A stretch of 64,000 nucleotides of DNA from Lingula anatina (lineage: Eukaryota; Animalia; Brachiopoda). The stretch spans positions 21,390,001-21,454,000 of the forward strand of contig CM120642.1 of the NCBI GenBank assembly GCA_051362555.1, in the 5' to 3' direction. Below, piece after piece: positions 51,601 to 64,000 of the stretch; the stretch's first letter is position 1; the number at the start of each line of letters is the position of its first letter. The notes below the pieces were generated by a model. The model did no database searches and was not told the DNA's origin. It worked only from the letters and a program-made list of their open reading frames with translations. A program made the position numbers and the translations under genes.

Positions 51601-54600
51601 TACCATCTATTGTACACATGGATGAGACATAGTACTGCTCTTGCTGTTGTCTTTTGCTGCCTGTTTTTTCTATAGGAATTAGCCATGACCAGACAGGAAG
51701 AATCAGTTCACCAAAAAAGCCACCATGCTGTATGGAAAAGGTCACCTGGAAAAGAACAATATTTTTGAAAAATGTGAAAATTAAATTCTAAAAATCGACA
51801 AATTTCCCACAGTAAAATAGTTAAATATTTATAATTTTGATAAAGTTAACCTTAACAGTTGACTGTGTCTAATAAAAAGGATATTTTCGGAATATATAAA
51901 ATTGAGAAAACTGAAAATGACATTGAAAAAACTGCCAAATGCGGTGCCTTAAAATAGTTAAACATTTATAATTTTCACAAATCTTGTCTAATATTTGTGA
52001 AATTTGGACAGATGATGCATAACAATAATAAAAATCTGTGATAAGCTCAACAGTTGACTGTGTCTTATCAAAAAGAATTTTAAGAGCATATAAATTGAGA
52101 AAACTGAAAATGACATTGAAAAGACTGCCAAATTCCATGGTTTAAAATAGTTAAACGTTAATAATTTTCATAAATTTTGTTCAATATTTGTAAAATTTGG
52201 ATATATGTTGCATAACAACAATAGAAATCTGTGATAAGCTCATCAGTTGACTGTGTCTCATGAAAAAGTATTTTTAGAGCATATAAATGTGAGAAACTGA
52301 AAATGACATTGAAAAGACTGCCAAATTACATGCCATAAAATAGTTAAACGTGAATAATTTTCACAAATCTTGTCTAATATTTGTGAAATTTGGATAGATG
52401 ATGCATAACAACAATGAAAATCTGTGTTAAGCTCATCAGTGAAAAGTGTCTCATGAAAAAGAATTTTCAGAGCATAAAAATGTGAAAAAACTGAAAATTA
52501 CATTGAGAAGACTGCCAAATTCTATGGTTTAAAATAGTTAAACGTTAATAATTTTCATAAATTTTGTTCAATATTTGTAAAATTTGGATATATGTTGCAT
52601 AACAACAATAGAAATCTGTGATAAGCTCATCAGTTGACTGTGTCTCATGAAAAAGTATTTTTAGAGCATATAAATGTGAGAAACTGAAAATGACATTGAA
52701 AAGACTGCCAAATTACATGCCATAAAATAGTTAAACGTTAATAATTTTCACAAATCTTGTCTAATATTTCTGAAATTTGGATAGATGATGCATAACAACA
52801 ATGAAAATCTGTGATAAGCTCATCAGTGAAAAGTGTCTCATGAAAAAGAATTTTCAGAGCATAAAAATGTGAAAAAACTGAAAATTACATTGAGAAGACT
52901 ACAAAATTCCATGGCTTAAAACAGTTAAACGTTAATAATTTTCACAATTCTTGTCTAATATTTGTGAAATTTGGATAGATGATGCATAACAACAATAACA
53001 ATCTGTAATAAGCTCATCAGTTGACTGTATCTCATGAAAAAGATTTTTTGTTTTGACAATAAATTTGAGAAAACTGAAAATAACAATGAAAAGACTGCCA
53101 AATGCGGTGCCTTAAAATAGTTAAACGTCAATAATTTTCACAAATCTTGTCTAATAAATGAGCAAATTTGGATAGATAATGCAGAACAATAACAAAAATC
53201 TGTGATAAGCTCAACAGTTGACAGTGTGTAATAGAATTGTAGTTGTTTGACATTTTGTATGAGAAGAGTGAGAATTATCTAAAACATTTTTTTTTTCAAT
53301 TTCACAACATCTAATTAGCCTCACATTAAACATCAAATATTATGATTTGAGTTTGTTTGTGTAAGAGGTGACAAATTACCCATAATTGTCCTCTGGAAAA
53401 GAATATATACCCATTTAAGACATCTCCTTACTACCAATACCAGATGCAGATTCCTCCTTACAGTCGGTTTCTGGAATCGGGTTTAGCACACCATTTGACA
53501 ATGTCCTAAAGCTTGCCATATACCATCTATTGTACACATGGATGAGACATAGCATTGCTCTTACTGTTGTCTTTTGCTGTCTGTTTTTTCTATAGGAATT
53601 AGCCCTGACCAGACAGGAAGAATCAGTTCACCAAAAAAGCCATCACGCTGTATGGAAAAGGTCACCTGGAAAAAGAACAATATGTTTGATAAAAGTGAAA
53701 ATTAAATTCTAAATATTGACAAATTTCCCACACTAAAATATTTGAACAATAATTTTGATAAACTTAACCTAAACAGTTGACTATGTCTAATAAAAAGGAC
53801 ATTTTCAGAACATATAAATTTGAGAAATACTGAAAATGACATTGAAAAGACTGCCAAATTCCATGGCTTGAAATAGTTAAACGTTAATAATTTTCACAAA
53901 TCTTGTCCAATATTTGTGAAATTTGGACAGATGATGCAGAACAATAATAAAAATCTGTGATAAGCTCATCAGTTGACTGCGTCTCATGAAAAACATTTTT
54001 AAAGCATATAAATGTGAGAAAACTGAAAATGACATTGAAAAGACTGCAAAATTCCATGGCTTGAAATAGTTAAACGTTAATAATTTTCACAAATCTTGTC
54101 TAATATTTGTGAAATTTGGACAGATGATGCATAACAACAATAAAAATCAGTGATAAGCTCATCAGTTGACTGTGTCTCATGAAAAAGATTTTTTTTGGAC
54201 AATTAATTTGAGAAAACTGAAAATGACATTGAAAATACTGCAAAATTCCATGGCTTAAAATAGTTAAACGTTAATAATTTTCACAAATCTTGTCTTATAT
54301 TTGTGAAATTTGGATAGATGATGCATAACAACAATAAAAATCTGTGATAAGCTCATCAAATGACTGTGTCTCATAAAAAATATTTTTTTGGACAATAAAA
54401 TTGAGAAAACAGAAAATGACATTGAAAAGACTGCAAAATGCGGTGCCTTAAAATAGTTAAATGTTAATAATTTTCACAAATCTTGTTCAAGATTTGTGAA
54501 ATTTGGACAGATGATGCATAACAATAATAAAAATCTGTAATAAGCTCATCAGTTGACTATGTCTCATGAAAAACATTTTTCAGAGCATATAAATGTGAGA

Positions 54601-57600
54601 AAACTGAAAATGACATTGAAAAGACTGCCAAATTCCATGGCTTAAAATAGTTAAACGTTAATAATTTTCACAAATCTTGTCTAATTTTTGTGAAATTTGG
54701 ATAGATGATGTATAACAACAAAACATATCTGTGATAAGCTCATCAGTTGACTGTGTCTCATTTAAAAGATTTTTTTGGACAATAAATTTGAGAAAATTGA
54801 AAATGACACTGAGAAGACTGCAAAATGCGGCGCCTTAAAATAGTTAAACGTTAATAATTTTCACAAAACTTTTTCAATATTTGTGAAAGTTGGAGAGATG
54901 ATGCTTAACAATAACAAAAATGTGTGATAAGCTTAACAGTTGACAGTGTGTGATAGAATTGTAGTTGAATGACATTTTGTATGCGAAGAGTGAGAATTAT
55001 CTACAATATTTTTTTTTCAATTTCACAACATCTAATTAGACTCACATTAAACATCAAATATTATGATTTGAGTTTGTTTGTGTAAGAGGTGACAAATTAC
55101 CCACAATTGTCCTCTGGAAAAGAATATATACCCATTTAAGACATCTCCTTACTACCAATACCAGATGCAGATTCCTCCTTACAATCGGTTTCTGGAATAG
55201 GGTTTAGCACACCATTTGACAATGTCCTAAAGCTTGCCATATACCATCTATTGTACACATGGATGAGACATAGCATTGCTCTTGCTGTTGTCTTTTGCTG
55301 TCTGTTTTTTCTATAGGAATTAGCCCTGACCAGACAGGAAGAATCAGTTCACCAAAAAAGCCATCACGCTGTATGGAAAAGGTCACCTGGTAAAAGAACA
55401 ATATGTTTGATAAAAGTGAAAATTAAATTCTAAAAATTGACAACTTTCCCACACTAAAATATTTGAACAATAATTTTGATAAACTTAACCTAAACAGTTG
55501 ACTATGTCTAATAAAAAGGACATTTTCAGAACATATTAATTTGAGAAATACTGAAAATGACATTGAAAAGACTGCCAAATTCCATGGCTTGAAATAGTTA
55601 AACGTTAATAATTTTCACAAATCTTGTCCAATATTTGTGAAATTTGGACAGATGATACATAACAATAATAAAAATCTGTGATAAGCTCATCAGTTGACTG
55701 CGTCTCATGAAAAACATTTTTTAAAGCATATAAATGTCAGAAAACTGAAAATGACATTGAAAAGACTGCCAAATTCCATGGCTTGAAATAGTTAAACGTT
55801 AATAATTTTCACAAATCTTGTCTAAGATTTGTGAAATTTGGACAGATGATGCATAACAATAATAAAAATCTGTGATAAGCTCATCAGTTGACTGAGTCTC
55901 ATGAAAAAGATTTTTGTTTGGACAATTAATTTGAGAAAACTGAAAATAACACTGAAATAACAAATTCCATCAGTTGACTGTATCTCATGAAAAAGATTTT
56001 TTTTTTGACAATAAATTTGAGAAAACTGAAAATAACAATGAAAAGACTGCCAAATTCCATGGTATAAAATAGTTAAACATTAATAATTTTCACAAATCTT
56101 GTCTAATAAATGAGAAAATTTGGATAGATAATGCAGAACAATAACAAAAATCTGTGATAAGCTCAACAGTTGACAGTGTGTAATAGAATTGTAGTTGTTT
56201 GACATTTTGTATGAGAAGAGTGAGAATTATCTAAAACATTTTTTTTTTCAATTTCACAACATCTAATTAGCCTCATATTAAACATCAAATATTATGATTT
56301 GAGTTTGTTTGTGTAAGAGGTGACAAATTACCCATAACTGTCCTCTGGAAAAGAATATATACCCATTTAAGACATCTCCTTACTACCAATACCAGATGCA
56401 GATTCCTCCTTACAATCGATTTCTGGAATCGGGTTAAGCACACCATTTGACAATGTCCTAAAGCTTGCCATATACCATCTATTGTACACATGGATGAGAC
56501 ATAGCATTGCTCTTTCTGTTGTCTTTTGCTGCCTGTTCTTTCTATAGGAATTAGCCATGACCAGACAGGAAGAATCAGTTCACCAAAAAAGCCACCATGC
56601 TGTATGGAAAAGGTCACCTGGAAAAAGAACAATATGTTTGAAAAATGTGAAAATTAAATTCTAAAAATTGACAAATTTCCCACAGTAAAATAGTTAAATA
56701 TTTATAATTTTGATAAAGTTAACCTTAACAGTTGACTGTGTCTAATAAAAAGGATATTTTCGGAATATATAAAATTTTAAAAAACTGAAAATGACATTGA
56801 AAAGACTGCCAAATTCCATGGTTTAAAATAGTTAAACATTAATAATTTTCATAAATTTTGTTCAATATTTGTAAAATTTGGATAGACGTTGCATAACAAT
56901 TATAAAAATATGTGATAAGCTCATCAGTTGACTGTGGCTCATGAAAAAGTATTTTTAGAGCATATAAATGTGAGAAACTGAAAATGACATTGAAAAGACT
57001 GCCAAATTACATGCCATAAAATAGTTAAACCTTAATAATTTTCACAAATCTTGTCTAATATTTGTGAAATTTGGATAGATGATGCATAACAACAATAACA
57101 ATCTGTGATAATCTCATCAGTTGACTGTATCTCATGAAAAAGATTTTTTTTTGGACAATAAATTTGAGAAAACTGAAATATATGTTGCATAACAACAATA
57201 GAAATCTGTGATAAGCTCATCAGTTGAATGTGTCTCATGACAACGTATTTTTAGAGCATATAAATGTGAGAAACTGAAAATGACATTGAAAAGACCGCCA
57301 AATTACATGCCATAAAATAGTTAAACATTAATCATTTTCACAAATCTTGTTCAATATTTGTGAAATTAGGATAGATGATGCATAACACCAATTAAAATCT
57401 GTGATAAGCTCATCAGTTGAATCTGTCTCAAGAAAAAGAATTTTCAGAGCATAAAAATGTGAAAAAACTGAAAATTACATTGAAAAGACTGCCAAATTCC
57501 ATGGCTTAAAATAGTTAAACGTTAATCATTTTCCCAAATCTTGTCAAATATTTGTGAAATTTGGACAGATGTTGCATAAAAACAATAGAAATCTCTGATA

Positions 57601-60600
57601 AGCTTATCAGTTGACTGTGTCTTATGAAAAAGATTTTTTTTTGACAATAATGTTGAGAAAAGTGGCATAAAATAGTTAAACGTTAATAATTTTCACAAAA
57701 CTTGTTCAATATTTGTGAAATTTGGAGAGATGATGCTTAACAATAACAAAAATCTGTGATAAGCTTAACAGTTGACAGTATGTGATAGAATTGTAGTTGT
57801 TTGACATTTTGTATGCAAAGAGTGAGAATTATCTACAATATTTTTTTTTTCAATTTCACATCTAATTAGACTCACATTAAACATCAAATATTATGATTTG
57901 AGTTTGTTTGTGTAAGAGGTGACAAATTACCCATAACTGTCCTCTGGAAAAGAATATATACCCATTTAAGACATCTCCTTACTACCAATACCAGATGCAG
58001 ATTCCTCCTTACAATCGGTTTCTGGAATAGGGTTTAGCACACCATTTGACAATGTCCTAAAGCTTGCCATATGCCATCTATTGTACACATGGATGAGACA
58101 TAGCATTGCTCTTGCTGTTGTCTTTTGCTGTCAGTTTTTTCTATTAGAATTAGCCCTGACCAGACAGGAAGAATCAGTTCACCAAAAAAGCCATCACGCT
58201 GTATGGAAAATGTCACCTGGAAAAACAACAATATGTTTGATAAAAGTGAAAATTAAATTCTAAAAATTGACAAATTTCCCACACTAAAATAGTTGAACAA
58301 AAATTTTGATAAACTTAACCTAAACAGTTGACTATGACTGATAAAAAGGATATTTTCAGAACATATAAATTTGAGAAATACTGAAAATGACATTGAAAAG
58401 ACTGCCAAATGCAGTGCCTTAAAATAGTTAAATGTTAATAATTTTCACAAATCTTGTCCAATATTTGTGAAATTTGGACAGATGATGCATAACAATAATA
58501 AAAATCTGTGATAAGCTCATCAGTTGACTGTCTCATGAAAAACATTTTTTCAGAGCATATAAATGTGAGAAAACTGAAAATGACATTGAAAAGACTGCCA
58601 AATTCCATGATTTAAAATAGTGAAACATTAATAATTTTCATAAATTTTGTTCAATATTTGTAAAATTTGGATAGATGTTGCATAACAATAATAAAAATCT
58701 GTGATAAGCTCATCAGTTGACTGTCTCATGAAAAACATTTTTTCAGAGCATATAAATGTGAGAAAACTGAAAATGACATTGAAAAGACTGCCAAATTCCA
58801 TGGTTTAAAATAGTTAAACATTAATAATTTTCATAAATTTTGTTCAATATTTGTAAAATTTGGATAGATGTTGCATAACAATAATAAAAATCTGTGATAA
58901 GCTCATCAGTTGACTGTCTCATGAAAAACATTTTTTCAGAGCATATAAATGTGAGAAAACTGAAAATGACATTGAAAAGACTGCCAAATTCCATGGCTTA
59001 AAATAGTTAAACATTAATGATTTTCACAAATCTTGTCTAATATTTGTGAAATTTGGATAGATGATGTATAACAACAATAAAAATCTGTGATAAGCTCATC
59101 AGTTGACTGCGACTCATGAAAAACATTTTTATGAGCAAATAAATGTGAGAAAACTGAAAATGACACTGAAAAGACTGCCAAATTCCATGGTATAAAATAG
59201 TTAAACATTAATATTTTTCACAAATCTTCTCTAATATTTGTGGAATTTGGAGTGATGATGCTAAACAATAATAAAAATTTGATAAGCTCATCAGTTTACT
59301 GTGTTGCATGAAAAAGATTTTTTTGGACAATAAAATTGAGAAAACTGAAAATGACATTGAAAAGACTGCGAAATGCGGTGCCTTAAAATAGCTAAATGTT
59401 AATAATTTTCACAAATCTTGTCCAATATTTGTGAAATTTGGACAGATGATGCATAACAATAATTAAAATCTGTGATAAGTTCATCAGTTGACTGTGTCTC
59501 ATGAAAAACATTTTTCAGAGCATATAAATGTGAGAAAACTGAAAATGACACTGAAAAGACAGCCAAATTCCATGGCTTAAAATAGTTAAACGTTAATAAT
59601 TTTCACAAATCTTGTCTAATATTTGTGAAATTTGAATAAATGATGCATAACAACAATAAAAATCTGTGATAAGCTCATCAGTTGACTGTGTCTCATGAAA
59701 AACATTTTTCAGAGCATAAATAAATGTTAGAAAACTGAAAATGACACTGAAAAGACTGCCAAATTCCATGGTATAAAATAGTTAAACATTAATATTTTTC
59801 ACAAATCTTCTCCAATATTTGTGGAATTTGGAGTGATGATGCTTAACAATAATTAAAATCTGTGATAAGCTCATCAGTTGACTGTGTCTCATTAAAAATA
59901 TTTTTTTTGGACAATAAAATTGAGAAAATTGAAAATGACATTGAAAAGACTGCCAAATTCCATGGCTTAAAATAGTTAAACGTCAATAATTTTCACAAAT
60001 CTTGTCTAATATTTGTGAAATTTGGATAGATGATGCATAACAACAATAAAAATCTGTGATAAGCTCATCAGTTGACTGTGTCTTATGAAAAAGATATTTC
60101 TTGGACAATAATGTTGAGAAAACTGGCATAAAATAGTTAAACGTTAATAATTTTCACAAAACTTGTTCAATATTTGTGAAATTTGGAGAGATGATGCTTA
60201 ACAATAACAAAAATCTGTGATAAGCTTAACAGTTGACAGTATGTGATAGAATTGTAGTTGTTTGACATTTTGTATGCGAAGAGTGAGCATTATCTACAAT
60301 ATTTTTTTTTTCAATTTCACATCTAATTAGACTCACATTAAACATCAAATATTATGATTTGAGTTTGTTTGTGTAAGAGGTGACAAATTACCCATAACTG
60401 TCCTCTGGAAAAGAATATATACCCATTTAAGACATCTCCTTACTACCAATACCAGATGCAGATTCCTCCTTACAATCGGTTTCTGGAATAGGGTTTAGCA
60501 CACCATTTGACAATGTCCTAAAGCTTGCCATATGCCATCTATTGTACACATGGATGAGACATAGCATTGCTCTTACTGTTGTCTTTTGCTGTCAGTTTTT

Positions 60601-63600
60601 TCTATTAGAATTAGCCCTGACAAGACAGGAAGAATCAGTTCACCAAAAAAGCCATCACGCTGTATGGAAAAGGTCACCTGGAAAAACAACAATATGTTTG
60701 ATAAAAGTGAAAATTAAATTCTAAAAATTGACAAATTTCCCACACTAAAATAGTTGAACAATAATTTTGATAAACTTAACCTAAACAGTTGACTATGTCT
60801 GATAAAAAGGATATTTTCAGAACATATAAATTTGAGAAATACTGAAAATGACATTGAAAAGACTGCCAAATGCGGTGCCTTAAAATAGTTAAATGTTAAT
60901 AATTTTCACAAATCTTGTCCAATATTTGTGAAATTTGGACAGATGATGCATAACAATAATAAAAATCTGTGATAAGCTCATCAGTTGACTATATCTCATG
61001 AAAAACATTTTTCAGAGCATATAAATGTGAGAAAATTGAAAATGACATTGAAAAGACTGCCAAATTCCATGGCATAAAATAGTTAAACGTTAATAATTTT
61101 CACAAATCTTGTCTAAAATTTCTGAAATTTGAATAGATGATGCATAACAATAATTAAAATCTGTGATAAGCTCATCAGTTTACTGTGTCTCATAAAAAAC
61201 ATTTTTGAGAGCATATAAATGTGAGAAAACTGAAAATGACATTGAAAAGGCTGCCAAATTCCATGGTATAAAATAGTTAAACATTAATATTTTTCACAAA
61301 TCTTCTCCAATATTTGTGGAATTTGGAGTGATAAAAATCTGTGATAAGCTCATCAGTTTACTGTGTCGCATGAAAAAGTTTTTTTTGGACAATAAAATTG
61401 AGAAAACTGAAAATGACATTGAAAAGACTGCCAAATGCGGTGCCTTAAAATAGTTAAATGTTAATAATTTTCACAAATCTTGTCCAAAATTTGTGAAATT
61501 TAGACAGATGATGCATAACAATAATAAAAATCTGTGATCAGCTCATCAGTTGACTGTGTCTCATGAAAAACATTTTTCAGAGCATATAAATGTGAGAAAA
61601 CTGAAAATGACATTGAAAAGACTGCCAAATTCCATGACTTAAAATAGTTAAACGTCAATAATTTTCACAAATCTTGTCTAATATTTGTGAAATTTGGATA
61701 GATGATGCATAACAACAATAAAAATTTGTGATAAGCTCATCAGTTGACTGTGTCTCATTAAAAATATTTTTTTTGGACAATAAAATTGAGAAAACTGAAA
61801 ATGACACTGAAAAGACTGTAAAATGCGGTGTCTTAAAATAGTTAAACGTTAATAATTTTCACAAATCTTGTCCAATAAATGAGAAAATTTGGATAGATAA
61901 TGCAGAACAATAACAAAAATCTGTGATAAGCTTAACAGTTGACAGTGTGTAATAGAATTGTAGTTGTTTGACATTTTGTATGGAAAGAGTGAGAATTATC
62001 TAAAACATTTTTTTTTTCAATTTCACAACATCTAATTAGACTCACATTAAACATCAAATATTATGATTTGAGTTTATTTGTGTAAGAGGTGACAAATTAC
62101 CCATAACTGTCCTCTGGAAAAGAATATATAACCATTTAAGACATCTCCTTACTACCAATACCAGATGCAGATTCCTCCTTACAATCGGTTTCTGGAATAG
62201 GGTTTAGCACACCATTTGACAATGTCCTAAAGCTTGCCATATGCCATCTATTGTACACATGGATGAGACATAGCATTGCTCTTGCTGTTGTTTTTTGCTG
62301 TCTGTTTTTTCTATAAGAATTAGCCCTGACAAGACAGGAAGAATCAGTTCACCAAAAAAGCCATCACGCTGTATGGAAAAGGTCACCTGGAAAAACAACA
62401 ATATGTTTGATAAAAGTGAAAATTAAATTCTAAAAATTGACAAATTTCCCACACTAAAATGGTTGAACAATAATTTTGATAAACTAAACCTAAACAGTTG
62501 ACTATGTCTAATAAAAAGGATATTTTCAGAACATGTAAATTTGAGAAATACTGAAAATGACATTGAAAAGACTGCCAAATGCGGTGCCTTAAAATAGTTA
62601 AATGTTAATAATTTTCACAAATCTTGTCCAATATTTGTGAAATTTGGATAAATGACTCATAACAACAATAAAAATCTGTGATAAGCTCATCAATTAAATG
62701 TGTTTAATGAAAAATAATTTTCAGAGCATATAAATGTGAGAAAACTGAAAATAACAATGAAAAGACTGCCAAATTCCATGGTATAAAATAGTTAAACGTT
62801 AATAATTTTCACAAATCTTGTCCAAGAAATGAGCAAATTTGAATAGATAATGCATAACAATAACAAAAATCTGTGATAAGCTTAACAGTTGACAGTGTGT
62901 AATAGAATTGTAGTTGTTTGACATTTTGTATGGAAAGAGTGAGAATTATCTAAAACATTTTTTTTTTTCAATTTCACAACATCTAATTAGCCTCACATTA
63001 AACATCAAATATTATGATTTAAGTTTGTTTGTGTAAGAGGTGACAAATTACCCATAACTGTCCTCTGGAAAAGAATATATACCCATTTAAGACATCTCCT
63101 TACTACCAATACCAGATGCAGATTCCTCCTTACAATCGGTTTCTGGAATCGGGTTAAGCACACCATTTGACAATGTCCTAAACTTGCCATATACCATCTA
63201 TTGTACACATGGATGAGACATAGTACTGCTCTTGCTGTTGTCTTTTGCTGCCTGTTCTTTCTATAGGAATTAGCCATGACCAGACAGGAAGAATCAGTTC
63301 ACCAAAAAAGCCACCATGCTGTATGGAAAAGGTCACCTAGAAAAAGAACAATATGTTTGAAAAATGTGAAAATTAAATTCTAAAAATTGACAAATTTCCA
63401 ACAGTAAAATAGTTAAACATTTATAATTTTGATAAAGTTAACCTTAACAGTTGACTGTCTAATAAAAAGGATATTTTTGGAATATATAAAATTGAGAAAA
63501 ATGAAAATAACATTGAAAAGACTGCCAAATTCCATGGTTTAAAATAGTTAAACATTAATAATTTTCATAAATTTTGTTCAATATTTGTAAAATTTGGATA

Positions 63601-64000
63601 GACGTTGCATAACAATTATAAAAATATGTGATAAGCTCATCAGTTGACTGTGGCTCATGAAAAAGTATTTTTAGAGCATATAAATGTGAGAAACTGAAAA
63701 TGACATTGAAAAGACTGCCAAATTACATGCCATAAAATAGTTAAACCTTAATAATTTTCACAAATCTTGTCTAATATTTGTGAAATTTGGATAGATGATG
63801 CATAACAACAATAACAATCTGTGATAATCTCATCAGTTGACTGTATCTCATGAAAAAGATTTTTTTTTGGACAATAAATTTGAGAAAACTGAAATATATG
63901 TTGCATAACAACAATAGAAATCTGTGATAAGCTCATCAGTTGAATGTGTCTCATGACAACGTATTTTTAGAGCATATAAATGTGAGAAACTGAAAATGAC
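48700..64000. repeat. Composite higher-order satellite: n x ~193-bp monomer plus ~560-bp module; runs off the window end
   Basis: Monomer period 193 (TGACATT at 58581, 58774, 58967). Module spacings 1323, 1920, 1721, 1231, 1599, 2461, 1709 and 950 bp. Confidence 0.96.
50168..50422 (-). other. Exon-like 255-nt cassette (first of 9 copies in the satellite)
   Basis: Polypyrimidine acceptor TTCTTTTTCCAG|GTG and donor TGG|GTATAT; GC-richer than the flanks; 85 open codons in phase 0. Confidence 0.5.

Noticed and set aside
48700-64000. CRISPR array or rRNA/snRNA/histone tandem cluster
   Set aside because: The intervening modules are near-identical rather than unique spacers, and no 5S, snRNA or histone sequence is recognisable.

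Overview
AT-rich eukaryotic DNA, probably from a marine invertebrate (the repeat families resemble those of molluscs; this is inference). No intact host gene is visible, and most of the window is nested transposon debris. 1-26 kb: three families of non-autonomous Helentron-like elements (HINE-A, -B, -C), two of them carrying internal 146-162 bp tandem arrays and inserted into each other. This region also holds a 5.5-kb hAT transposon whose spliced ZNF862-type transposase can be rebuilt by eye, a 4.1-kb Academ-like TIR element, Kolobok-type MITEs and a 46-bp minisatellite. 27-46 kb: an RTE-X-like LINE fragment, Harbinger, Sola2-like, CACTA-like and Tc1/mariner MITEs, a local duplication, and heavily decayed minus-strand remnants that look like Toll-like receptor genes (signal peptide plus LRRs, and a TIR domain). 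47-64 kb: a composite satellite in which variable numbers of ~193-bp monomers alternate with a ~560-bp module. Each module contains a 255-nt cassette bounded by splice sites (9 copies). All coordinates and translations were read by eye; family names come from motif recall, not database searches.
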